Positions 56,510 through 64,000 of a stretch of 64,000 nt of DNA are shown here, piece after piece. A program made the translations under genes and the position numbers. The notes under the pieces were generated by a model. That model was not told the DNA's origin. It ran no database searches and saw only the letters and a program-made list of their open reading frames with translations. Within the stretch, counting starts at the first letter, position 1, and each line of letters starts with the position of its first letter. Source of the DNA: an uncultured Polaribacter sp. (GTDB lineage Bacteria; Bacteroidota; Bacteroidia; Flavobacteriales; Flavobacteriaceae); NCBI RefSeq assembly GCF_964000115.1, contig NZ_CAXEWW010000005.1; one strand, 5' to 3'.

Positions 56510-58939
56510 ATGAAACAAAAATTACTTTTCATCTTATTTTTAACTTTCGGTGTCTTGAGTGCTCAGGAAGTTACGCATGTAGATTTTGACACAAACAATC
56601 CAAATATTGTGTTCAACAGTTGGAATACTTCTTCAACTTTTGCGAAAGTTACAAACCCAGTGCAAGACCAGACCAATCCCTCTAATTTCGTAGGGCAATT
56701 TACTGCAGGAAATAATAATGATATCGGAATTGGGGTCATAGAGGTTTCTAATGTATTTACATCCCCTTTTAACATTGCATCCAATGCTGTTTTTAAAATG
56801 AAAGTATTTGCTACGGAAGAAATTGACGTTACCTTTCATTTAGAGAATGATCCAGATTGGGGAAATAATATTGAAGTTATGGCATCGGTGAGCACTGCAG
56901 ATGTGAATACATGGGTAGAATTAACTTTTGATTTTAGTAGTTTCTCTAATATTTTTATGAATAATATTGTGATTAAAATTGGGGGAGAAAACGTACAACA
57001 AGGAGATACTTATTTCTTTGACGATATAAAAGGGCCTGAATTATATACATCACCAGCTCAGGAATATAGTCCTGGAAATGCATCTGTGGAAAACTCAATA
57101 ACTACAAACTTAGAAATTACTACAAACGGAGCTTTTAGAAACATAGATGATTCTGTTCTTTCAGATGTTTCCGATAAGGTGGCTGTAAGGATTGATGACA
57201 TTAATGGTGCAGATGTTTCTTTTTCAGCAACTATAAACGGAGATAAAAACAAAATTATAATAGATCCTGTTGATGATTTAGCGAACTCAGTGATGTATTG
57301 GTATGGTGTTATCGATAATGTAATTGAGTACTCAAATGATACTGCTGTAGCTGGTGTTGCTGCTGTTTTTACAACCAAGGCTGCCGTTACTGGCGATATT
57401 AATGAGATGCTATTTGATTTTGACACGGTTAATACGGATCTTGCTTTTACCTCTTGGGGTGGAACTGGATTTGCTAAAATCACAAATCCAGATGCTTCAG
57501 GAATTAATGTTTCAGACAATGTAGCACAATACACGCACGCAGGAAATGATTCTGGTTTAGAAAATGACTTAGTTTCAAATGCAACTCCGTTAACTCCTTT
57601 TGACTTTTCGGAGACACCTTTTATAAAGGTAAAGGTTTGGGTAAATAAACCGGTAGCAGTGTCCATTAAATTGCAAAACTATCCAGATTATGGACAAGGG
57701 CATGAGCAAAAAGTTGAGGTTACAGAAATTAATACCTGGGTAGAAGTTGTTTTTAATTTTGGCGCAATTACCGCTACGAATTACGATAGAGCACAAATTT
57801 ATTTTGATAAAGATAAATCAGGTGGATCTGTGGCAGGTGATATTTATTACTTTGATGATTATTTGAAAAGTAATATTGCCCCAGCGGTTATAAATACTTT
57901 TAATCCTGAAAATGGAGCTGTAGATGTTGCGCAATTTATAAACCCATCAATCTCTTCAAACTTTCAATTCAGGAATTTAGATAATTCAACAATAACCGAT
58001 ATTTCTGCGGCAGTAGAATTAAGGGAGACAAATGCTTCAGGAACTCTTGTTGCTATAAATGCTATTTTAAGTGACGATAATTCAACAATTACGATTGTTC
58101 CATCAGAATTGTTAAACACTACTTCCACCTATTGGTTTGGTGTCATAGACAGTGCTATCGAATATAAAGAAAGTGATATACCAGTTACAGGATTGTTTTC
58201 TACTTTTACCACAACAGCAGACGCTGCAACTTTAGTTAGCTATAATGATTTTGAAGGAACTTCTTTGATGTCAGTATCAGAATCTATGGGAGGTACTCCT
58301 GGTGCTTACGACATTGTTACGGATCCAATAGGAGGTGCCAATATGGTTCAGCAATGGGTAAAAGGAAATACCTGGGGTGGCTGGGAAAGAATACATTTTG
58401 AACTAAATGCTGCTTTTGATGCAAGTAAAGATGATATTTTTTCCTTTAGAGTTTATTCGCCTGTTCGAACAAATTTTATGCTAAAATTAGCAGATGCAAA
58501 AGAAGATGGCGATCAAAATGCTGTTTTTGAGCAGTACGGGGATATTTTAATAGCGAATCAATGGCAAACAGTATATGTCGATACTTCAGAGTTAGCAGAC
58601 GGTTTAAGTTTAAACCATGTTTTTGTTTTTTTAGGTCCAGGTCAAGCCAATATAACTGGGACTTTCTATGTAGATGATTTAAAAGGGCCTCAATTACAAG
58701 GCACTGCATCTGTAAAATATTTTGATAAAAATAGTTTTCAGTTCTTTCCAAACCCTGCGAATGATAAGATTTATTTTAGTAATCTAGAGGGGGAAAAAGT
58801 AATTAGAATTTTTGATATTAATTCTAAACAAGTGCTTAAAAAGACAATAGACGCCAATGATTTATCTATTAAAAATTTAAAACCTGGCTTCTACTTTTTA
58901 GAAATTAACGGTCAGTATAAAAAGTTGATCAAAGAATAA
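56510..58939 (+). CDS. T9SS-sorted cell-surface protein: three CBM-like modules alternating with two Ig-like modules, no catalytic domain (809 aa)
   Basis: Signal peptide, then CBM-like modules at roughly aa 21-176, 297-452 and 575-727. Each ends in a (Y/F)(F/Y/V)DD(I/Y/L)KGP-type strand (TYFFDDIKGPE, IYYFDDYLKS, TFYVDDLKGPQ). Ig-like modules lie at about aa 186-289 and 463-568 (both ...YW(Y/F)GVID..IEY...FTT). The C-terminal 70 aa (FFPNPANDKIYFSN...GFYFLEINGQYKKLIKE) is a type-A T9SS sorting domain. Confidence 0.8.
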   Translation: MKQKLLFILFLTFGVLSAQEVTHVDFDTNNPNIVFNSWNTSSTFAKVTNPVQDQTNPSNFVGQFTAGNNNDIGIGVIEVSNVFTSPFNIASNAVFKMKVFATEEIDVTFHLENDPDWGNNIEVMASVSTADVNTWVELTFDFSSFSNIFMNNIVIKIGGENVQQGDTYFFDDIKGPELYTSPAQEYSPGNASVENSITTNLEITTNGAFRNIDDSVLSDVSDKVAVRIDDINGADVSFSATINGDKNKIIIDPVDDLANSVMYWYGVIDNVIEYSNDTAVAGVAAVFTTKAAVTGDINEMLFDFDTVNTDLAFTSWGGTGFAKITNPDASGINVSDNVAQYTHAGNDSGLENDLVSNATPLTPFDFSETPFIKVKVWVNKPVAVSIKLQNYPDYGQGHEQKVEVTEINTWVEVVFNFGAITATNYDRAQIYFDKDKSGGSVAGDIYYFDDYLKSNIAPAVINTFNPENGAVDVAQFINPSISSNFQFRNLDNSTITDISAAVELRETNASGTLVAINAILSDDNSTITIVPSELLNTTSTYWFGVIDSAIEYKESDIPVTGLFSTFTTTADAATLVSYNDFEGTSLMSVSESMGGTPGAYDIVTDPIGGANMVQQWVKGNTWGGWERIHFELNAAFDASKDDIFSFRVYSPVRTNFMLKLADAKEDGDQNAVFEQYGDILIANQWQTVYVDTSELADGLSLNHVFVFLGPGQANITGTFYVDDLKGPQLQGTASVKYFDKNSFQFFPNPANDKIYFSNLEGEKVIRIFDINSKQVLKKTIDANDLSIKNLKPGFYFLEINGQYKKLIKE

Positions 58940-58963
58940 TTAAAAGTATATAAATAAAATAAC

Positions 58964-58993
58964 AAAACAGGAGCTGCGCCTCCTGTTTTGTTT
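58964..58993 (+). terminator. Strong rho-independent terminator between the T9SS CBM gene and the second susC
   Basis: AAAACAGGAG / CTCCTGTTTT forms a 10-bp stem with a 6-nt loop (CTGCGC), followed by TTTTGTTT. An A-tract upstream makes it potentially bidirectional. It ends 17 nt before the susC ATG. Confidence 0.75.
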
Positions 58994-59009
58994 ACTTTAA
59001 AAAATAAAT

Positions 59010-62000
59010 ATGAGCAAACTAAGGCTATTATTTTTAAAATTAGTACCAGTTGTATTTGTATTCCTTACCACGTTAGTATGTGCGCAAAAGGTCCTTGTTT
59101 CGGGAGAAGTGGTAGATGATATCGGTAATTTTCTTCCTGGAGTATCTGTAGTAGTAAAAGGCACTTCAAATGGAACATCAACAGATTTTGATGGAAAATA
59201 TGTTTTAAATATTAAAACACCAAACGCAACAATCACCTTCTCTTATTTAGGATATGCACCTCAAGAGATCGTGGTGGCAGCTCAAAAAAAGATAAATGTA
59301 ATTCTTAAAGAAAGTTTCGATCAACTAGACGAAATCCAGGTAGTTGCATTTTCAAAACAAAAAAAGAATAGTGTAATTGGTTCGATCACTACTTTAAAAG
59401 TATCAGAGCTAAAACAGCCTACTTCAAACATTACAAATACATTAGCAGGTCAAATTTCGGGATTAATTTCATACCAAAGATCAGGGGAACCGGGCGCAGA
59501 TAATGCAGCCTTTTTTATTCGAGGCGTAACCACTTTTGGTTTTAATAACAGTCCACTTATCTTATTAGATGGATTGCAAATAACCACTTCTGACTTAGCG
59601 CGTTTAGAACCAGATAATATTGCTTCTTTTTCTATTATGAAAGATGCTACTGCAACTTCTTTATATGGAGCACGAGGCGCAAATGGAGTGGTATTGGTAA
59701 CCACTAAAATTGGAAAAAAAGGAAAAGCAAAGGTATCGGTGCGGTACGAAAGCTCTATGTCTAGTCCTTCTAAAATAAATAGTTTTTTAGGTTCTGTAGA
59801 TTATATGGAGTTATATAATAGAGCGCAGCGATCCCGAGATCAATCTGCCAATTTATTGTATTCAAAGCAAAAAATAGAAGGGACTAGAAATGGTTTAAAT
59901 CCAAATATTTACCCAGATGTAGATTGGTATCGTGAGCTCTTTAAGGATTTTGCGTTAAACAAGCGTTTAAACGTAAATATTAACGGAGGTGGAGAGGTAG
60001 CACAGTATTATCTTTCGGTAACAAATGCGAATGAAACAGGTTTGTTAAAGGTAGATCCTTTAAATAATTTTAATAGCAATATAGATATAAACAGATCTAA
60101 CTTAAGAGCAAACATTAATATCAATTTAAGTAAAACAACGAAGGTTGCTGCCAAGTTTTACTCATTATTCGAACGTTATAACGGCCCAATTGTAAGTGCT
60201 TCAGATATTTTCTATCAGGTATCGCAAGCAAATCCAGCAAATTTTCCAAAGACCTATGACTCAGATGAAGCAACTGCGAACTTTAATCACACCTTGTTTG
60301 GTAATAAAGGTAATGGTGGGTTTCCAAATCCATATGCAGAGAGTGTAAGAGGATATAAAGACCGTTTTTCGAATACAACATTGGCACAATTTCAAATCAA
60401 ACAAGATTTAAGTTTTATCACAGAAGGATTAAAGTTAAGAGCAATGGCTTCTGTTAGAACGTACACGGAAAGCCAAAATGAAAGGAGTTATACACCTTTT
60501 TATTATGGGTCTAATGAGACACAGACACCAGAAGGTGTTGTAAATGCACTCTATCAAATTCAAGAAGGTACAGAATTTTTAAATTCCCCAAGTGTTGGTA
60601 ATAATGGGAATAGTAATTTTTATTATGAAGCGGTTTTAGAATACAACAAAACAGTGAAAGAGAAACACGAATTTGGTGGTTTATTAGTAACCTATTTTCA
60701 AGAAGCCTTAAACACCATTAGTGGAGGAAATGCCGCGTTTTCAACTTTACCAGCAAGAAATAATGGAGTTTCAGGGCGTGCTGCTTATAATTATAGCAGC
60801 CGGTATTTTGGTGAATTTAATTTTGGATACAATGGTTCAGAAAAATTTGCAAAGAAAAACAGATTTGGATTTTTTCCATCTGTAGGGTTTGGTTGGATTA
60901 TTTCGAACGAAACTTATTTTGAAGAAAATATTCCATCGGTTAATTTATTGAAGTTAAGATATACTTATGGGCTAGTAGGGAATGACGGTATTTCAAGTGC
61001 CAGTGATCGTTTCTTCTATTTGTCAGATGTAAATATTAACAATGGAGGCACTGGCTACTCTTTTGGATCCAATTACAACAATTATTACAACGGATATATC
61101 GTGAACAGATATGCCAATGAAAATGTTACTTGGGAGGTTGCAACCAAGACAAATTATGGGTTGGAGCTAGGACTTTTTAATAAAATAAATATTATTGCAG
61201 ATTATTTCACGGAAAAACGTAGAAATATTTATATGGAGCGCCAATACATTCCTGAAACCTCCGGTTTAACTACTTCAATTGATAGTAATATTGGAGAGGT
61301 ATTCACGCAGGGTATCGATTTATCTATTGATTATAACCACGCTTTTAGTGGTGATTTCTATATCACAGCGAGAGGTAATTTTACATATTCAACAAATGAG
61401 ATTGTGGCCAATGGGGAACCTGAATTTCAAAACAAGAATTTGAGTAGATTGGGATATCCTGTAAATCAGCAATGGGGGTATGTAGCTGAGCGCTTATTTG
61501 TAGATCAAGAAGACATTGACAACTCTCCGGAGCAATTTAACGGGTTTTCAACTACAAATTCATACTTACCAGGGGATATAAAATATACAGATATCAATCA
61601 AGATGGAGTTATAAATGAGTCCGACCAAACACCAATTGGAAAGCCAAATGTGCCAGAAATTGTATATGGTTTTGGAGTTTCTGCAGTGTATAAAGATTTT
61701 GATCTTTCTCTGTTCATGCAAGGTTCTGCAAGGTCTTCATTTTTTATAAATCCAAATGATATTTCGCCGTTTGTAAACGAAAGAAATGCTTTGAGTATTA
61801 TTGCAGACAATCACTGGTCAGAGAACAATCCAGATCCGAATGCCTTTTGGCCACGTTTGTCTACCTACGAAATAGACAATAATCAAAAACCATCTACTTG
61901 GTGGTTGCGGGACGGCGACTTTTTAAGACTAAAAAGCGTGGAGTTTGGATATACCATACCTGGTAAAACAGGTAAAGTTTTTAAAAGGGCAAAAACAAGG

Positions 62001-62129
62001 CTATACCTTACAGGGTTGAATCTATTAAATTTTGCGAAGTTTAAATTATGGGACCCTGAAATGGCTGGTAATGGATTGGGGTATCCACCACAAAGAGTTA
62101 TCAATATTGGCGCTCAGGTAAATTTTTAA
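59010..62129 (+). CDS. SusC-like TonB-dependent outer membrane transporter, second copy (1039 aa)
   Basis: Signal peptide, CarboxypepD_reg-like domain (VVDDIGNFLPGVSVVVKGTSNGTSTDFDGKYV), a plug, and a C-terminal F. No STN domain. Confidence 0.9.
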   Translation: MSKLRLLFLKLVPVVFVFLTTLVCAQKVLVSGEVVDDIGNFLPGVSVVVKGTSNGTSTDFDGKYVLNIKTPNATITFSYLGYAPQEIVVAAQKKINVILKESFDQLDEIQVVAFSKQKKNSVIGSITTLKVSELKQPTSNITNTLAGQISGLISYQRSGEPGADNAAFFIRGVTTFGFNNSPLILLDGLQITTSDLARLEPDNIASFSIMKDATATSLYGARGANGVVLVTTKIGKKGKAKVSVRYESSMSSPSKINSFLGSVDYMELYNRAQRSRDQSANLLYSKQKIEGTRNGLNPNIYPDVDWYRELFKDFALNKRLNVNINGGGEVAQYYLSVTNANETGLLKVDPLNNFNSNIDINRSNLRANININLSKTTKVAAKFYSLFERYNGPIVSASDIFYQVSQANPANFPKTYDSDEATANFNHTLFGNKGNGGFPNPYAESVRGYKDRFSNTTLAQFQIKQDLSFITEGLKLRAMASVRTYTESQNERSYTPFYYGSNETQTPEGVVNALYQIQEGTEFLNSPSVGNNGNSNFYYEAVLEYNKTVKEKHEFGGLLVTYFQEALNTISGGNAAFSTLPARNNGVSGRAAYNYSSRYFGEFNFGYNGSEKFAKKNRFGFFPSVGFGWIISNETYFEENIPSVNLLKLRYTYGLVGNDGISSASDRFFYLSDVNINNGGTGYSFGSNYNNYYNGYIVNRYANENVTWEVATKTNYGLELGLFNKINIIADYFTEKRRNIYMERQYIPETSGLTTSIDSNIGEVFTQGIDLSIDYNHAFSGDFYITARGNFTYSTNEIVANGEPEFQNKNLSRLGYPVNQQWGYVAERLFVDQEDIDNSPEQFNGFSTTNSYLPGDIKYTDINQDGVINESDQTPIGKPNVPEIVYGFGVSAVYKDFDLSLFMQGSARSSFFINPNDISPFVNERNALSIIADNHWSENNPDPNAFWPRLSTYEIDNNQKPSTWWLRDGDFLRLKSVEFGYTIPGKTGKVFKRAKTRLYLTGLNLLNFAKFKLWDPEMAGNGLGYPPQRVINIGAQVNF

Positions 62130-62139
62130 AAAAGAAAAA

Positions 62140-64000
62140 ATGAATTTAAGAAACAAATATTTAGCAATTATTTTATGTAGTGTATCACTATTTACAAGTT
62201 GCGAGGATTATTTAGACATTGTGCCAGACGGAACACAAGAGTTGGGTTTGCTTTTTAATAGAAAAGAAACAGCATATAATGCCTTGGCAAATTGCTATAG
62301 TTATTTGCCTCAAAACGATGGTACGTATGCCAGTTATGTTCTTTTAAGTGACGCGGTAGCTGTACCCGTTCCTAAAGAACCCAATTCCATTAAAGTAATG
62401 AAAGGACAACAGAGTGTTTCTTCACCCCTAATGGGCTATTGGTCTGGATTCTCTGCCGTGGGAAGAGGACAAGGTTCTTTATGGGAAGGAATACGCAGCT
62501 GTAATACATTAGTAGAAAACATCGATTTGGTGGTGGATATGACACAGGAAGAAAAAAATCAATGGAAATCAGAAGCAAATTTTTTAAAAGCATATTTTCA
62601 CTTTTTATTGGTAAGCAATTATGGTCCGATACCTATTGTGGATATAAATCTCCCCATCTCTGCTCCGGATACAGAAGTGCGGTTAGATCGCAAAACGGTA
62701 GACGAGTGTTTTAGTTATATTGTTGAAACAATTGACGCTGCTATTGCAAATTTACCAGAAAAAGTGCTTGGAAATAATGACATTGGAAGAATTGATAAAG
62801 TAATTGCGAAAGCGATTAAAGCAAAGGCTTTATTGTACAGTGCGAGTCCATTATTTAACGGAAATTCTTCGTTGTATGGGAACTTTGTGAATGCTGATGG
62901 AATACATTTTTTTAATCAGAATGTTGATAATTCAAAATGGGAGCAAACAGTTGCAGCAACCAAAGAAGCTTTAGATGCCGCAATTGCACAAGGAGCAGGG
63001 ATGTATTATTATACAGATACAGCGCCTCTTTTTGATGCCAATAATTTTCAATTTAAAATGGTGAGAGACCAATACAACAGTCGTTTTGCAATTACAGACC
63101 CTTGGAATTCAGAATTATTATGGGGCAATTCCAGTCCGGTTACAAACGGGCAATATTGGCAAATTCAGTCGCCTGCAATGATGAAAGACCCAACATCCTC
63201 CTCCGTGGAAGCTTCTTGGCAATGGTTGGCACCAAGTTTACGAATGGCAGAAACGTATTACACTAAAAATGGGTTGCCTATTGATGAAGATTTATCTTTT
63301 GAATATGCAGATCGATATAGTGCAACAACCATCGCTTTTAATCAACGATTTTATGCACAGTTTGCCAATAAAACGGCAAAGTTGAATTTAAATAGAGAGG
63401 CTCGTTTTTATGCAGCACTTGGTTTTGATAGAGGAATCAATAGAACATGGGGATCCTTATGGAAATTAAAAATGAGAAAAGGGGAAAAGCATGGAAGGGT
63501 CGCCAATACTGGAGATTATTTAGTTACTGGTTATGCATTAAAAAAATTAGTACACCAAGATTCTGAAGGAGATACTTATAATAAAGCAATTACGTATCCT
63601 TGGCCAATGGTGCGCTTGAGTGAGTTGTATCTGAATTATGCAGAAGCGCTAAACGAGTTTAGTGGTCCTTCTGTGGAGGTATATGCTGCGCTTAACGAAA
63701 TTAGAGAACGCGCAGGGATCCCAGATGTAGAGGAAGCATGGAGCAATGCAACGTACGCTGCAACTTTAAATAAACATACAACACAGGAGGGTTTAAGAGA
63801 AATTATTCAACAAGAGCGAATGATAGAATTGGCTTTTGAAGGACACCGTTACTATGATATTAGAAGATGGAAATTAGCAGAAAAATACTTCACAACACCG
63901 ATACAGGGTTGGTCAGTAGATGAAGATTCGGAAGCAAATTATTACCAAGTGATGGACGTGAGTCAGCGTTCTTTTAATTCACCAAGAGATTATTTACAAC
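62140..64000 (+). CDS. SusD-like lipoprotein, 3'-truncated by the window end (more than 620 aa read)
   Basis: Not in the ORF track because it runs off the window. My translation from ATG 62140 gives MNLRNKYLAIILCSVSLFTSCEDYLDIVPDG... and stays open to 64000. It contains ERMIELAFEGHRYYDIRRWK, a classic SusD C-terminal motif. Confidence 0.85.
   Translation, partial: MNLRNKYLAIILCSVSLFTSCEDYLDIVPDGTQELGLLFNRKETAYNALANCYSYLPQNDGTYASYVLLSDAVAVPVPKEPNSIKVMKGQQSVSSPLMGYWSGFSAVGRGQGSLWEGIRSCNTLVENIDLVVDMTQEEKNQWKSEANFLKAYFHFLLVSNYGPIPIVDINLPISAPDTEVRLDRKTVDECFSYIVETIDAAIANLPEKVLGNNDIGRIDKVIAKAIKAKALLYSASPLFNGNSSLYGNFVNADGIHFFNQNVDNSKWEQTVAATKEALDAAIAQGAGMYYYTDTAPLFDANNFQFKMVRDQYNSRFAITDPWNSELLWGNSSPVTNGQYWQIQSPAMMKDPTSSSVEASWQWLAPSLRMAETYYTKNGLPIDEDLSFEYADRYSATTIAFNQRFYAQFANKTAKLNLNREARFYAALGFDRGINRTWGSLWKLKMRKGEKHGRVANTGDYLVTGYALKKLVHQDSEGDTYNKAITYPWPMVRLSELYLNYAEALNEFSGPSVEVYAALNEIRERAGIPDVEEAWSNATYAATLNKHTTQEGLREIIQQERMIELAFEGHRYYDIRRWKLAEKYFTTPIQGWSVDEDSEANYYQVMDVSQRSFNSPRDYLQ

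Noticed and set aside
57058-57666. 202-aa antisense ORF inside the T9SS CBM gene
   Set aside because: It lies entirely within and opposite to a well-supported 809-aa gene. It has low-complexity S/T/A-rich composition, no motif and no plausible start context. This is typical of a shadow ORF.
1-64000. Search for CRISPR arrays, rRNA/tRNA genes, transposases, integrases, phage or defence-system genes
   Set aside because: I found no regularly spaced repeats, no recombinase or transposase-like ORFs and no nuclease/helicase/methylase clusters. The only accessory content I can support is the two PULs.

Overview
64-kb window from a low-GC Bacteroidota chromosome of the Flavobacteriia type. Supporting marks are gldF/gldG, SusC/SusD pairs, a T9SS C-terminal sorting domain and TAnnTTTG-type promoter boxes. 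All family names are by-eye motif and architecture recognition, because no searches were run. Positions 1-28.5 kb are ordinary core genes: gldFG, phoH, purC, fabV, TerC and TauE membrane proteins, an MsbA-like ABC exporter, NUDIX, M42 peptidase, an ABC ATPase plus an ABC-2 permease fused to an M1 peptidase, dapA, bamD, rpoZ, coaBC, a DUF4835 protein, recN, fabI and a GT2. Positions 29.1-49.2 kb hold a complete polysaccharide utilization locus (PUL) of the laminarin/beta-1,3-glucan type. Its order is a membrane-tethered propeller/Y_Y_Y-LuxR regulator, SusC, SusD, two CBM-bearing lipoproteins, GH16, an unassigned clan GH-A hydrolase, a 1152-aa signal-less GH94/GH149-like phosphorylase candidate, GH17, GH30 and a GPH/MFS symporter. 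A short spacer follows (thioredoxin-fold DUF255 protein, a TPR protein, one hypothetical). From 53.2 kb to the window end lies a second, truncated PUL: a paralogous regulator, a 457-nt leader, a T9SS-anchored protein with three CBM-like modules and no enzyme domain, a strong terminator, SusC and a partial SusD. I saw no rRNA, tRNA, CRISPR array, transposase or integrase. The items most worth follow-up are: (1) the paired one-component membrane regulators and a TTTTRTAGRGGT-type motif shared by the PUL control regions; (2) the cytoplasmic phosphorylase candidate inside the glucan PUL; (3) the T9SS multi-CBM protein placed before susCD and separated from it by a terminator; (4) the ABC-2 permease/M1 peptidase fusion. 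None is demonstrably a new system from sequence alone.
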